From contig JBHLLP010000035.1 of NCBI GenBank assembly GCA_048885525.1, positions 1-35,565 of the forward strand: DNA of 35,565 nt. Reading direction: 5' to 3'. Every line of letters starts with the position of its first letter. Position 1 is the stretch's first letter. Shown here piece by piece: positions 19,667-27,433 of the stretch. Position numbers and translations under genes: made by a program. The notes below the pieces were generated by a model, which saw nothing but the letters and a program-made list of their open reading frames with translations, did no database searches and was not told where the DNA came from. This DNA comes from Candidatus Hermodarchaeota archaeon (lineage in GTDB: Archaea > Asgardarchaeota > Lokiarchaeia > Sigyniarchaeales > SOKP01).

Positions 19667-20010
19667 GTTCACTCCTAACGGCGTGAACGTCGAGAAGAGG
19701 TATTGTTACCTCAATGCATTGGAACCGAAAGGTAATCAGTAGTGATATGAAAAGAGGTTGTGTGTAAAAACACGATTTGAACTAAAATTTAAATCGCAAG
19801 ATTTATATTCGGTGTTCAGTCTTGCTAATTCGCAAGAATTGGTGAGGTTATCAATCGGTAACACCATTCAAAAAATAAGTAATTATTGATGAACGGTATT
19901 TCTTTTCATAGTGCAACCTGATTCAATGTTTTGAAAATTTTTTCACTTATGTGAGAAAAAACAATACCGTTGCAATGAAAACCTCTAGGTATTCACTTGC
20001 AACTTCTCGT
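19667..20010 (+). ncRNA. Large structured non-coding RNA of unknown family (~345 nt)
   Basis: Nested long-range helices CGAGAAG 19691-97/CTTCTCG 20003-09, GGTATTGTT 19699-707/AACAATACC 19960-68, AATCAG 19734-39/CTGATT 19918-23 and TATGAAAAGA 19746-55/TCTTTTCATA 19901-10; GAAA, GCAA, GTAA and C(TAAC)G tetraloop hairpins; G-U wobbles favour the + strand; no long ORF; upstream TATA box and downstream pyrimidine tract. Confidence 0.85.
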
Positions 20011-20094
20011 CCCTTCTTTATCCTTCAATAATTTCTCTTTTTAAGATAATTTATTATTTGTAGACTCCTTGAATAAAAAAAAAATTATAGAAGA

Positions 20095-21177
20095 TTAAAT
20101 TTTTATTACTATACTTTTTTTAGCTAAAAGGAGAGCAATTCCAGCCTCAACGGCTATAGGAAGAATCCCAACTAAGAGCATTGTAAACCAAGGATATGCT
20201 AATAGGAAATCCTTCTGGATGAATTGACCGAGAATTAAATCCCAAATAAAAGATAATATGAACAATAGTAAGAGATTTCTTCCCATCTCACTTAAGATCG
20301 GGACCTTAAAATTCATTGTTTCAAAGCTATAAAAGACAGCAATTAAAAAACCTGATGCTGCTATTGCCAGCAAAGCTAGGGAAGTGGTTGCATCATGATG
20401 CTCTGCAGGTTGAATCCAGTCAAAACAATAAAAAGCTAAGATAGATATAGCCGCACCAGGCAAAATTCTCTTCTTAAATCCTACAGTAGGATCATTAGGG
20501 TCCATTTTATACCATTGACAAAAACATGTTCCTGCTATGGCAATTGCTGTATGGTTGAGAGCATTCCAAGGGAACACTATTGTTCCAGTTGAGGGGCTAT
20601 GTTGCTGAAAAACATTGGGAAATGCATATAGAACAGCATGTATTACAAGAATACCTACAGTAACTATAATTCTTTTATCCGCTTCCTTTGGAATCAAATA
20701 TACTGCCAAATATGCAGCAAAAGAGCCAATTGCTAAATTTGCTAATGTTCCATACCATAATACTTCGTTCCATGGGATTTCTCCATTGGCGATTAGTCCA
20801 CCAAATAATCCATCGTCCAAAAAGGCTATACCATATAAAATTGCTACACGGATTATACCATGTTTCCATGCTTCTTTAACACCTTTTTTGTCTCTACGAC
20901 TCGTAAAAGCGAGATACGCACCGAGGCCCAAGACAAACATAAATATTTGTTGGCCAATATCAATAATGGTTATCAGTGCAGGAAATCCCTCAAAGTATTG
21001 GAATCCATGATTTAATAATGGAGATCCTATTGGTTGGTCACCAGATCCAATGGTAGGATCACCAGATAGTTGCCATGTGATTACTGAAATAATCAGAAAT
21101 ATGAGTATCATTCCTCTAAACTGATCTAACCATTCCCATCGTTTTTTAGATAGAGTATCAATACTTTCTTCTGACAT
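20095..21177 (-). CDS. HGSNAT/DUF1624-like transmembrane acyltransferase
   Basis: R..WLDQFRG..., LNH...TIID..Q.IFMF..G, RV.IL, GTL..LAI, GRN.LL.FI. Confidence 0.75.
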   Translation of the reverse strand: MSEESIDTLSKKRWEWLDQFRGMILIFLIISVITWQLSGDPTIGSGDQPIGSPLLNHGFQYFEGFPALITIIDIGQQIFMFVLGLGAYLAFTSRRDKKGVKEAWKHGIIRVAILYGIAFLDDGLFGGLIANGEIPWNEVLWYGTLANLAIGSFAAYLAVYLIPKEADKRIIVTVGILVIHAVLYAFPNVFQQHSPSTGTIVFPWNALNHTAIAIAGTCFCQWYKMDPNDPTVGFKKRILPGAAISILAFYCFDWIQPAEHHDATTSLALLAIAASGFLIAVFYSFETMNFKVPILSEMGRNLLLLFILSFIWDLILGQFIQKDFLLAYPWFTMLLVGILPIAVEAGIALLLAKKSIVIKI

Positions 21178-21299
21178 TTTTTTTTCACTTTAGAATAACT
21201 TTTAAAATGCTTTTGTTAGATACAAAAACATGTTAGTCAAAAATCAATGTTAGAAAATTTAAATGTTATATATTCCATCTGCTAATAAAAAAAAGACTT

Positions 21300-21707
21300 T
21301 TATGTTGTAAGAATAGAGATATTCAAATCCCATTGGATATAATCATCATTATAAATGACAATAGAACCAGAGATTAGATAATCATTCAATACAAAATTTT
21401 GAAGTTTTTTTAACTGTATAAATATAGATTTGCAATTCCATGTGTTTTTTGATGAATACCAATGGTTCTCCATGCAATTGGTTAAATCTTTAAGAATTTG
21501 TAAACCTTTATTCTCAATTCTAAATGGAACATTTATCAAACTATGAAGTAACATTTTAGTTTCTAAAATTGGAATAATTCCATTTTTTCCGTCCTTCAAA
21601 ATTTCTTTAAATAATTTTGACAACTTTAAATTAATAACATAATAATTTGCTCGGATATCTATAATATTTTCAAGAAATACTAATTCTTCAAGGCTAATTT
21701 TTCCCAC
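21300..21707 (-). CDS. Hypothetical protein
   Basis: 135-aa ORF with a GTG start; no recognisable motif. Confidence 0.6.
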   Translation of the reverse strand: MGKISLEELVFLENIIDIRANYYVINLKLSKLFKEILKDGKNGIIPILETKMLLHSLINVPFRIENKGLQILKDLTNCMENHWYSSKNTWNCKSIFIQLKKLQNFVLNDYLISGSIVIYNDDYIQWDLNISILTT

Positions 21708-21769
21708 CTAATACTGAAACTATATCTATTTCTTACCCGAATTTATTAAAAAAAATACAAAACTTAATT

Positions 21770-21922
21770 TCAAAAAACTATGTTTTTACTCCTCCAAAGT
21801 TTAACAAACTTTTTGAAATCCTCATTAGAAATTCCTAAACCATTGTTTTCTTTTATTTTACTTTTACGTGGTTTAGTTTTTAGTTCTAATTCCCAATCAT
21901 AATATGATTTTGTTTCAGTCAC
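21770..21922 (-). CDS. Possible 50-aa basic small protein
   Basis: Not in the ORF track. GTG..TGA: MTETKSYYDWELELKTKPRKSKIKENNGLGISNEDFKKFVKLWRSKNIVF; co-oriented with its neighbours. Confidence 0.4.
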   Translation of the reverse strand: MTETKSYYDWELELKTKPRKSKIKENNGLGISNEDFKKFVKLWRSKNIVF

Positions 21923-22019
21923 ATAGAAAAGATTTAAACAGTTTCAAATAAATGGAAGGGGTCCGACAAATTTCAGAAAATAAAAATGGATGATATAATG
22001 CCTTAATATAACTAATTTT

Positions 22020-22520
22020 CTAGCCTATATCTATACCACATATAGGACATATTCTAGCTTCTTCGTCGATTTTGTTTCCACAATATTTACAGTATTTAAT
22101 CTTGAGGCCTTGAATAACATTTGGTTCAGGAATCCTGTTTTGTTTTACGGATGGTCCTACCGTTTTAAGTAATGAAAACAAATGAGAAAAAAGTCCATTA
22201 TACCAAGATTGCTTTAATTTTTCAACTCTAAATACAGTTCGGGCAAGTGGTATCGCTTCAACTCTAATTAATGTTTGATTTCCTTCCAGGGTATAAAAAT
22301 TGATCATAATCCTTTTTTTCCAATTTGGATCATGTCCGGTGTTAGTCATCATTGTACCTTGTTTTGCTTCAATAAATATAGGGGGATTAGATGTTTTAAT
22401 TTTTGATTTATATTGACCTCTTAGCCATTGCATTGTAAGATCAAATGCTTTTTGAGCACCTATTTGAAGTTTTTCTTCATAAATCACATTTATTTTCAGA
22501 GTGGATAACCTCGTAATCAA
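22020..22520 (-). CDS. Zinc-ribbon domain protein
   Basis: C-terminal YCKYCG...ICPICG; overlaps the upstream gene by 4 nt; alternative CTG start at 22499. Confidence 0.75.
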   Translation of the reverse strand: MITRLSTLKINVIYEEKLQIGAQKAFDLTMQWLRGQYKSKIKTSNPPIFIEAKQGTMMTNTGHDPNWKKRIMINFYTLEGNQTLIRVEAIPLARTVFRVEKLKQSWYNGLFSHLFSLLKTVGPSVKQNRIPEPNVIQGLKIKYCKYCGNKIDEEARICPICGIDIG

Positions 22521-22708
22521 TTAAAGAAGATTAATAGATGTCCAACTAAGTTTACTACTATTGCAATTATAATAATTGCTAAACAAATATAAAAAAAAGG
22601 TTTAACAAGATTAGGGTATCTTCTAATATCTTTTAAAATCATACCACATACAGAGCAAACAATTTGTTCTTGTTCAATTTGATTCTCACAATTTGGACAT
22701 AACTCCAT
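22517..22708 (-). CDS. Small zinc-ribbon + TM protein
   Basis: CPNC...CSVCG followed by a C-terminal TM helix. Confidence 0.7.
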   Translation of the reverse strand: MELCPNCENQIEQEQIVCSVCGMILKDIRRYPNLVKPFFYICLAIIIIAIVVNLVGHLLIFFN

Positions 22709-22848
22709 ATTTAACTAGTGAAGTTACAAAATTTTATAAATTTATAGGTTATTTAAGAAATTTTTATAAAAAACGAGTAAAATAGAATAAATGTTAAATT
22801 AAGTTAACTATTTTCTTGAATAATATTAAAATTTGACTTGATTGCGAT

Positions 22849-23649
22849 TTGAAAACCTTACCTATTAGAGTTTTTAGATCTAGGTTTGATAATATACTAA
22901 AAAAAATACCTACTTTGGGTAAACTATTATCAAGCTTGTTTGGGTTTTCTGAATACTATATTCTTGAACTTTTTCGAAAACTTGATAAAAAATATGGCAT
23001 CTACACTATGGGTTTTGTCAATAGGTATTTTTTAAAAGGAAGATGGGGAGGAAGGGTTGTTCCTTTAAGTAAAAATATTGATTTTGATACAAAATTCATT
23101 TCTTCACAAGAAATTTTAGAGATAATAAGTCGTTCGAATATAGGAGGTATAGGATGGTGTTATTGTCGATGGATTCAAAGAAAATATGAAAAACCTAATT
23201 GTGATAATCCTATTTTTTCATGCATTCATTTAGGTTTTGGAAGATCTCTCTATGAAATCCCATATAAATCTTACAATCTAAAGAAAGCATCGAAAAGAGA
23301 AATTGTAGAATTATTAGAAGATTGTGATAAAAGAGGCTTAGTTCATCAATTAATTTATTTCCCTAATCCTCAATTTTATTATATTATATGTAATTGTTGT
23401 CCCTGTTGTTGTGTTGTGTTGAGGAAATTTCTTGAATATGGATCTCCACAGATGATCAAGAGTGATTTTATAGCAAAAACAGATTTATTGAAATGTAAAA
23501 ATTGTGGAAAATGTGAAGAATGGTGCAATTTCAAAGCACGAGATTTTACTAATAATAAATTATATTTTAATTCGCTAAGATGTTTTGGATGTGGAATTTG
23601 TATCTCTAAATGCCCAAATAATGCAATAAAGCTAATAAAAAAAGAGTAA
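22849..23649 (+). CDS. 4Fe-4S dicluster-binding protein
   Basis: CYCR, GLVH, ICNCCPCCC, C..C..C...C and C.GCG.C...CP..AI. Confidence 0.85.
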   Translation: MKTLPIRVFRSRFDNILKKIPTLGKLLSSLFGFSEYYILELFRKLDKKYGIYTMGFVNRYFLKGRWGGRVVPLSKNIDFDTKFISSQEILEIISRSNIGGIGWCYCRWIQRKYEKPNCDNPIFSCIHLGFGRSLYEIPYKSYNLKKASKREIVELLEDCDKRGLVHQLIYFPNPQFYYIICNCCPCCCVVLRKFLEYGSPQMIKSDFIAKTDLLKCKNCGKCEEWCNFKARDFTNNKLYFNSLRCFGCGICISKCPNNAIKLIKKE

Positions 23650-23678
23650 TAAAAAAAAGAAGAAAAAAAATCTAAATA

Positions 23679-24965
23679 TTATTTTCGGCTTGGGGGTTTT
23701 ATCAAGTAAGCTAATATTGCTGCTCCAACTGACATAATTCCCATTACAATAAATAAGATTAAGTAACTTCCAAATATCATCACAAAAAGATTTACACCTA
23801 CAGCACCAATAAATCCGGCAATTCCATAGGCAGTAAATACCACTCCATAATTTGGACCTAAATTCTTTGATCCAAATAGGTCAGTAGTAGCAGTTGGAAA
23901 TAAGCTAAAGTTCCCTCCAAAACAGAAATATATAGCACATGTCATTATTAGGAAGTATAATTCATTTATATTCGTTGTAAAATATATAAACATTAAAGCT
24001 GCTTGAATAGAAAACATTAATAACATTGCTTTTTTATATGTAATGAAATCCGCGATTGTGCCCCATATAATCCTTCCTGCACCGTTAAATAGTGCTGCTA
24101 AGCTGCCAATAAATACAAAATCCGCAGTCCCAATAATATATATGAAATTATCTCCAGCATCAACAGTCTTAGCAAAGGATGCGTAAGATCCAATAACCAT
24201 CAATCCACTTATAGCACTTAAGACAAATGTAGCCCAAAGCATCCAAAATTGAGGTAATTTAATTGTTTGACTTCTTTCAAAATCAAGTCCTGATATTCCA
24301 CTTTCTTCTGATGGGGCAGGAGGAATCCAACCTTCAGGCATCCATCCTTCTGGAGGATTACTTAATGTTAATGCTCCTCCAACAATTAATACTAAATAGA
24401 TAATCCCTAAAATAATGAACATTAAGGGTATATTTCGAGAAATTGTTACTACAAAATTGGGATCAGTAGTTTCTAAACCAGTAGGATTAGCTAAAGCTTT
24501 TATTACATAGTTAAAAATAAAAGATCCAGCACCAAATCCAGCTACAGCAATACCATTAATAAATCCTTTTTTATCTGGAAACCATTTACCTGCTGAAGCG
24601 ATAGGACAAACATATCCAAATCCAATTCCCGCTCCAAAAATTATACCATAGGTAATTAGTAGTCCTATAAATGTAGTCATAAAGGCAGATAAAATAACTC
24701 CTCCACCTAATAATACACCTCCAAGAATAGCAATATTTCTAGGACCGTACTTTTGTTGTAATTTCCCCGCAAAAATCATCGTTATAGCAAAAGATAATAA
24801 CCCTACACCAAAGATGTATACTGTTATTTCTCGCACTTCATTCAAGTATGGGCTGACAAAAATTGTAAGTGTACCCCATGAGTAAATTGTTCCTAATGCT
24901 AGTTGGATCATGATTGCTCCAATTACAACAATCCAACGATTTCTAATTTTTTTTTCCCCAGACAT
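23679..24965 (-). CDS. OFA-family (oxalate:formate antiporter-like) MFS transporter
   Basis: NRW, G..YSW, G.GFGYVCPI....KWFPDKKG...G.AVAGFGAG, NGAGRI.WG...D, FGGNFSLFP....D.FG.KN.G.NYG. Confidence 0.9.
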   Translation of the reverse strand: MSGEKKIRNRWIVVIGAIMIQLALGTIYSWGTLTIFVSPYLNEVREITVYIFGVGLLSFAITMIFAGKLQQKYGPRNIAILGGVLLGGGVILSAFMTTFIGLLITYGIIFGAGIGFGYVCPIASAGKWFPDKKGFINGIAVAGFGAGSFIFNYVIKALANPTGLETTDPNFVVTISRNIPLMFIILGIIYLVLIVGGALTLSNPPEGWMPEGWIPPAPSEESGISGLDFERSQTIKLPQFWMLWATFVLSAISGLMVIGSYASFAKTVDAGDNFIYIIGTADFVFIGSLAALFNGAGRIIWGTIADFITYKKAMLLMFSIQAALMFIYFTTNINELYFLIMTCAIYFCFGGNFSLFPTATTDLFGSKNLGPNYGVVFTAYGIAGFIGAVGVNLFVMIFGSYLILFIVMGIMSVGAAILAYLIKPPSRK

Positions 24966-25168
24966 TCTTCATAACACTTTAAAAAATTTATATGTGTAAG
25001 AATACCATGAAAGATAAAAACATTCTTTTAATATTTTAAAAATAGTTAAGTGAGACTTCTTATCACAGATATACAAAAAGGTGAATTTATTGGATGTTTT
25101 ATAAAAAAATTAATTAATAGATTGTATATTTTCAAGTTTTATATCAACCATATCTTAGTGAATTTCAT

Positions 25169-26176
25169 ATGAGATTTATTTCAGGCTTAAAGAGTTTGTC
25201 AAAAAAGAGAATTTTATTAGTCATTGTTATTCTTTTTATTGTTTCATGGTTTTTATTCGCATTTGGAGTTGAAGTGTTTCCAAATGCTACATTTAAGAGA
25301 TATTTTTTGATATTCTTAGGTGTTTTAGCTGGGTTTACATTTGTTCTATTTATTATGTCATTTATCATCCCTCTTGATAAAATGCGTGTTATAATAATTA
25401 TTATATCCATAGGTTTAACGCTTCCAGTTATGTGGATCTTTGGAGGGATTATCAATATTTTCACTTTTTTTTGTTACATTGCCAATATTGTTATAACTGC
25501 GTTTTTCGCTTATAAATTTTGTATGGACACTTCTATTAAGGTTGATGACTACTTATATGAGAAAAAAAGTTCCAGAATATTCACACGTATTATAGAGTTT
25601 GTTATTTTTTTCCTTCTTAGTTGGTGGTTAACATCTTTAACCATAAGATTTTTCGTTAGTTTCGCTAATCCTAATGTTCAAAATTTAGCAAGGATCTTTT
25701 TCAATCTATTCCTTATAGGATTAGTTTTATTGGGAATCGTCGTTATTAGATTATTGTTTACCAAGAAATTTGCTGCCTATATATCCTTCTTTATAGTACT
25801 GACATTCTTTTATGTTCTCTATATTATAGTTGATCTCTGGGCAGAATTTATGTTTCCTGATACTGTGGGCTATGATCTTTTGTCATTTTTTATTGATTTT
25901 CTTCTATTTTTATTCATAATTGGATCTATTTATGATAGAGTAGATTATATAAAAAGTAAAATCAAAATTTTAAGAGTTGATACAATATCATTATTCATAA
26001 TTTTAATGAAACTTATCGTCCAGATTATAGAGATTTTAAGAGACATTAATCCTCCAGCTAACTTATCACAGATTCTAATCCTTCAAGCCCAGATACTATG
26101 GATTTTTTTTATGGTTTTTAATTTGATAGTTGGAGCTTATACTATTTTCAGACATAAAGAAGGGAAAAAATCATAA
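25169..26176 (+). CDS. Hypothetical polytopic membrane protein
   Basis: 335 aa, about ten TM helices. Confidence 0.75.
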   Translation: MRFISGLKSLSKKRILLVIVILFIVSWFLFAFGVEVFPNATFKRYFLIFLGVLAGFTFVLFIMSFIIPLDKMRVIIIIISIGLTLPVMWIFGGIINIFTFFCYIANIVITAFFAYKFCMDTSIKVDDYLYEKKSSRIFTRIIEFVIFFLLSWWLTSLTIRFFVSFANPNVQNLARIFFNLFLIGLVLLGIVVIRLLFTKKFAAYISFFIVLTFFYVLYIIVDLWAEFMFPDTVGYDLLSFFIDFLLFLFIIGSIYDRVDYIKSKIKILRVDTISLFIILMKLIVQIIEILRDINPPANLSQILILQAQILWIFFMVFNLIVGAYTIFRHKEGKKS

Positions 26177-26269
26177 ATTTCTTTATTTTAAGAATAACCT
26201 TTAATTAACGTTTTTAAGAAATACTTAATAATATTTTATAAAAAATAATTTTTGTAAGGCAAGAAAATT

Positions 26270-26518
26270 ATGAGTGAAATTGATTCACATCCAATTAGAA
26301 AAGTAAGTATCAAAACGATATTAATTATTATCTTCAGTGTTACCGGATTAGCAGCAATAATCATTACTCTTGCAATCCTTTTTTCCAACTCAGGAACAAA
26401 TGGTGGTGGAGGATGAGCGTGTTTGATAGGTTATTTCGATATATACAAATCAGAGATTAGTCCTTTTATAAGATATATGTTCGAACAAATCCAGAAATTT
26501 GAGGTTATTCCAATATGA
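26270..26518 (+). CDS. Candidate 82-aa single-TM selenoprotein (Sec49 encoded by TGA 26414-16)
   Basis: Not in the ORF track. MSEIDSHPIRKVSIKTILIIIFSVTGLAAIIITLAILFSNSGTNGGGG-TGA-ACLIGYFDIYKSEISPFIRYMFEQIQKFEVIPI-TGA; TATA box TTTATAAA at 26235-42; SECIS-like hairpin directly downstream. Without recoding it would be a 48-aa peptide ending GGGG. Confidence 0.7.
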
Positions 26519-26590
26519 TTTCCGAAAGGAATGATCCTTGCTAAAAAATGCTAGTAGCAAGCTGACCGACCTTGTACTGGTTTCGGAAAT
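26518..26590 (+). promoter_or_regulatory. Eukaryote-like SECIS element (3' UTR)
   Basis: ATGA 26531-34 / TGA 26563-65 sheared G-A core; upper stem CTTGCTA 26537-43/TAGCAAG 26555-61; unpaired A-run at the start of the apical loop; perfect basal stem ATTTCCGAAA 26518-27/TTTCGGAAAT 26581-90. Confidence 0.75.
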
Positions 26591-26602
26591 AAGAAATTGA
26601 AT

Positions 26603-27067
26603 TTAAAAAAACCCCCATATAATTTTTTTAATCGGTTTCATTTGCATAATTCTACGGAGGTCTGGATCAGTTGGACTCAGATCTTCGTGAGCCCAGGTTT
26701 TATACTGAGGATATTTCTCAATAAGTTTAATCCATCCTTTCATAAAACCCTTAGTGTGTTCTTTGTAGTTTAATATTTTAATATCTATCTTTATGAGAAT
26801 ACCTTGCAAGATTGTCCATTTTCCACTTTTTTCCTCATATTCATCAAAAAGTATTGAAGCTTTATTGTTTTTATCTATATTTTTTAATCGTTTACTAGTT
26901 TTGCTTAATGAAGTAAAGAATGAATTATCAACGAATGAAAAGCAAATAGGGACTAAATGAGGAAGGTTATCTTCTGGATCGATAGTTGCAATTCGAGCTA
27001 CTCGAAGATTAACAAGGAAATTTTTTTCAGCCTCGGAAAAAATTGATTCCTTTACCATAGAAATCAT
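26603..27067 (-). CDS. Pyridoxamine 5'-phosphate oxidase-like (PPOX class, possibly F420-dependent) protein
   Basis: RVARIAT.D....PHLVPICF, K.LKNI..N..ASILFDEY.E..W..L, EKYPQY, P.K...WG. Confidence 0.85.
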   Translation of the reverse strand: MISMVKESIFSEAEKNFLVNLRVARIATIDPEDNLPHLVPICFSFVDNSFFTSLSKTSKRLKNIDKNNKASILFDEYEEKSGKWTILQGILIKIDIKILNYKEHTKGFMKGWIKLIEKYPQYKTWAHEDLSPTDPDLRRIMQMKPIKKIIWGFF

Positions 27068-27159
27068 TACCTCTATAATGATTTAATATCTATATTTTTA
27101 AATATTTTTTATTAACCATAATATAAAATTTTAATATTAAGGCTGATTTCGAGATACTT

Positions 27160-27312
27160 ATGATAAAAGTTATATTAGCAGTAAATGAGAAAAAGATTCC
27201 ATTAAAAGATTTTATGCAAGAAATGCTCGCGAATATAATTCAGGGTTATTTAAAAACGACTAAAGGAGTTCCTGAAAACATCGAAAATATTAAAATTGAA
27301 ATTACCTTATAA
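27160..27312 (+). CDS. 50-aa protein resembling the C-terminal domain of archaeal MobB-type proteins
   Basis: Not in the ORF track. MIKVILAVNEKKIPLKDFMQEMLANIIQGYLKTTKGVPENIENIKIEITL fits the V.L.VN.K.IPL..F.Q......I.G....LKG.....I.I pattern. Confidence 0.7.
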   Translation: MIKVILAVNEKKIPLKDFMQEMLANIIQGYLKTTKGVPENIENIKIEITL

Positions 27313-27433
27313 ATTCCTTTTTTTAAAAAAGAAATCTAAAAAGACTTGATTTTCTTGTTTGTTTTTAATTAGTAAATCTATTTAAGCAACTTCATATAAT
27401 TATTTTTAAAAATTTAAAATTTAAAAAAAAAAT

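Noticed and set aside
19667-20010. Calling the structured RNA SRP RNA, canonical RNase P RNA, tmRNA, a group I/II intron or an IscB/TnpB omega-RNA
   Set aside because: No helix-8 CAGG..GNRA..AGCA motif, no GGAAnGUCC/P4 signature on either strand, no tRNA-like CCA end, no domain V, and no adjacent nuclease or transposase gene.
26413-26460. 15-codon ORF (MSVFDRLFRYIQIRD) overlapping the TGA via ATGA
   Set aside because: Very short and featureless. In-frame readthrough gives a longer open frame with an adjacent Cys and is backed by the SECIS, though translational coupling cannot be fully excluded.
26516-26554. Recoding of the second TGA as another Sec
   Set aside because: It abuts the SECIS stem, and readthrough would run into the hairpin to a TAG after 11 codons; it is too close to the core by eukaryotic spacing rules.
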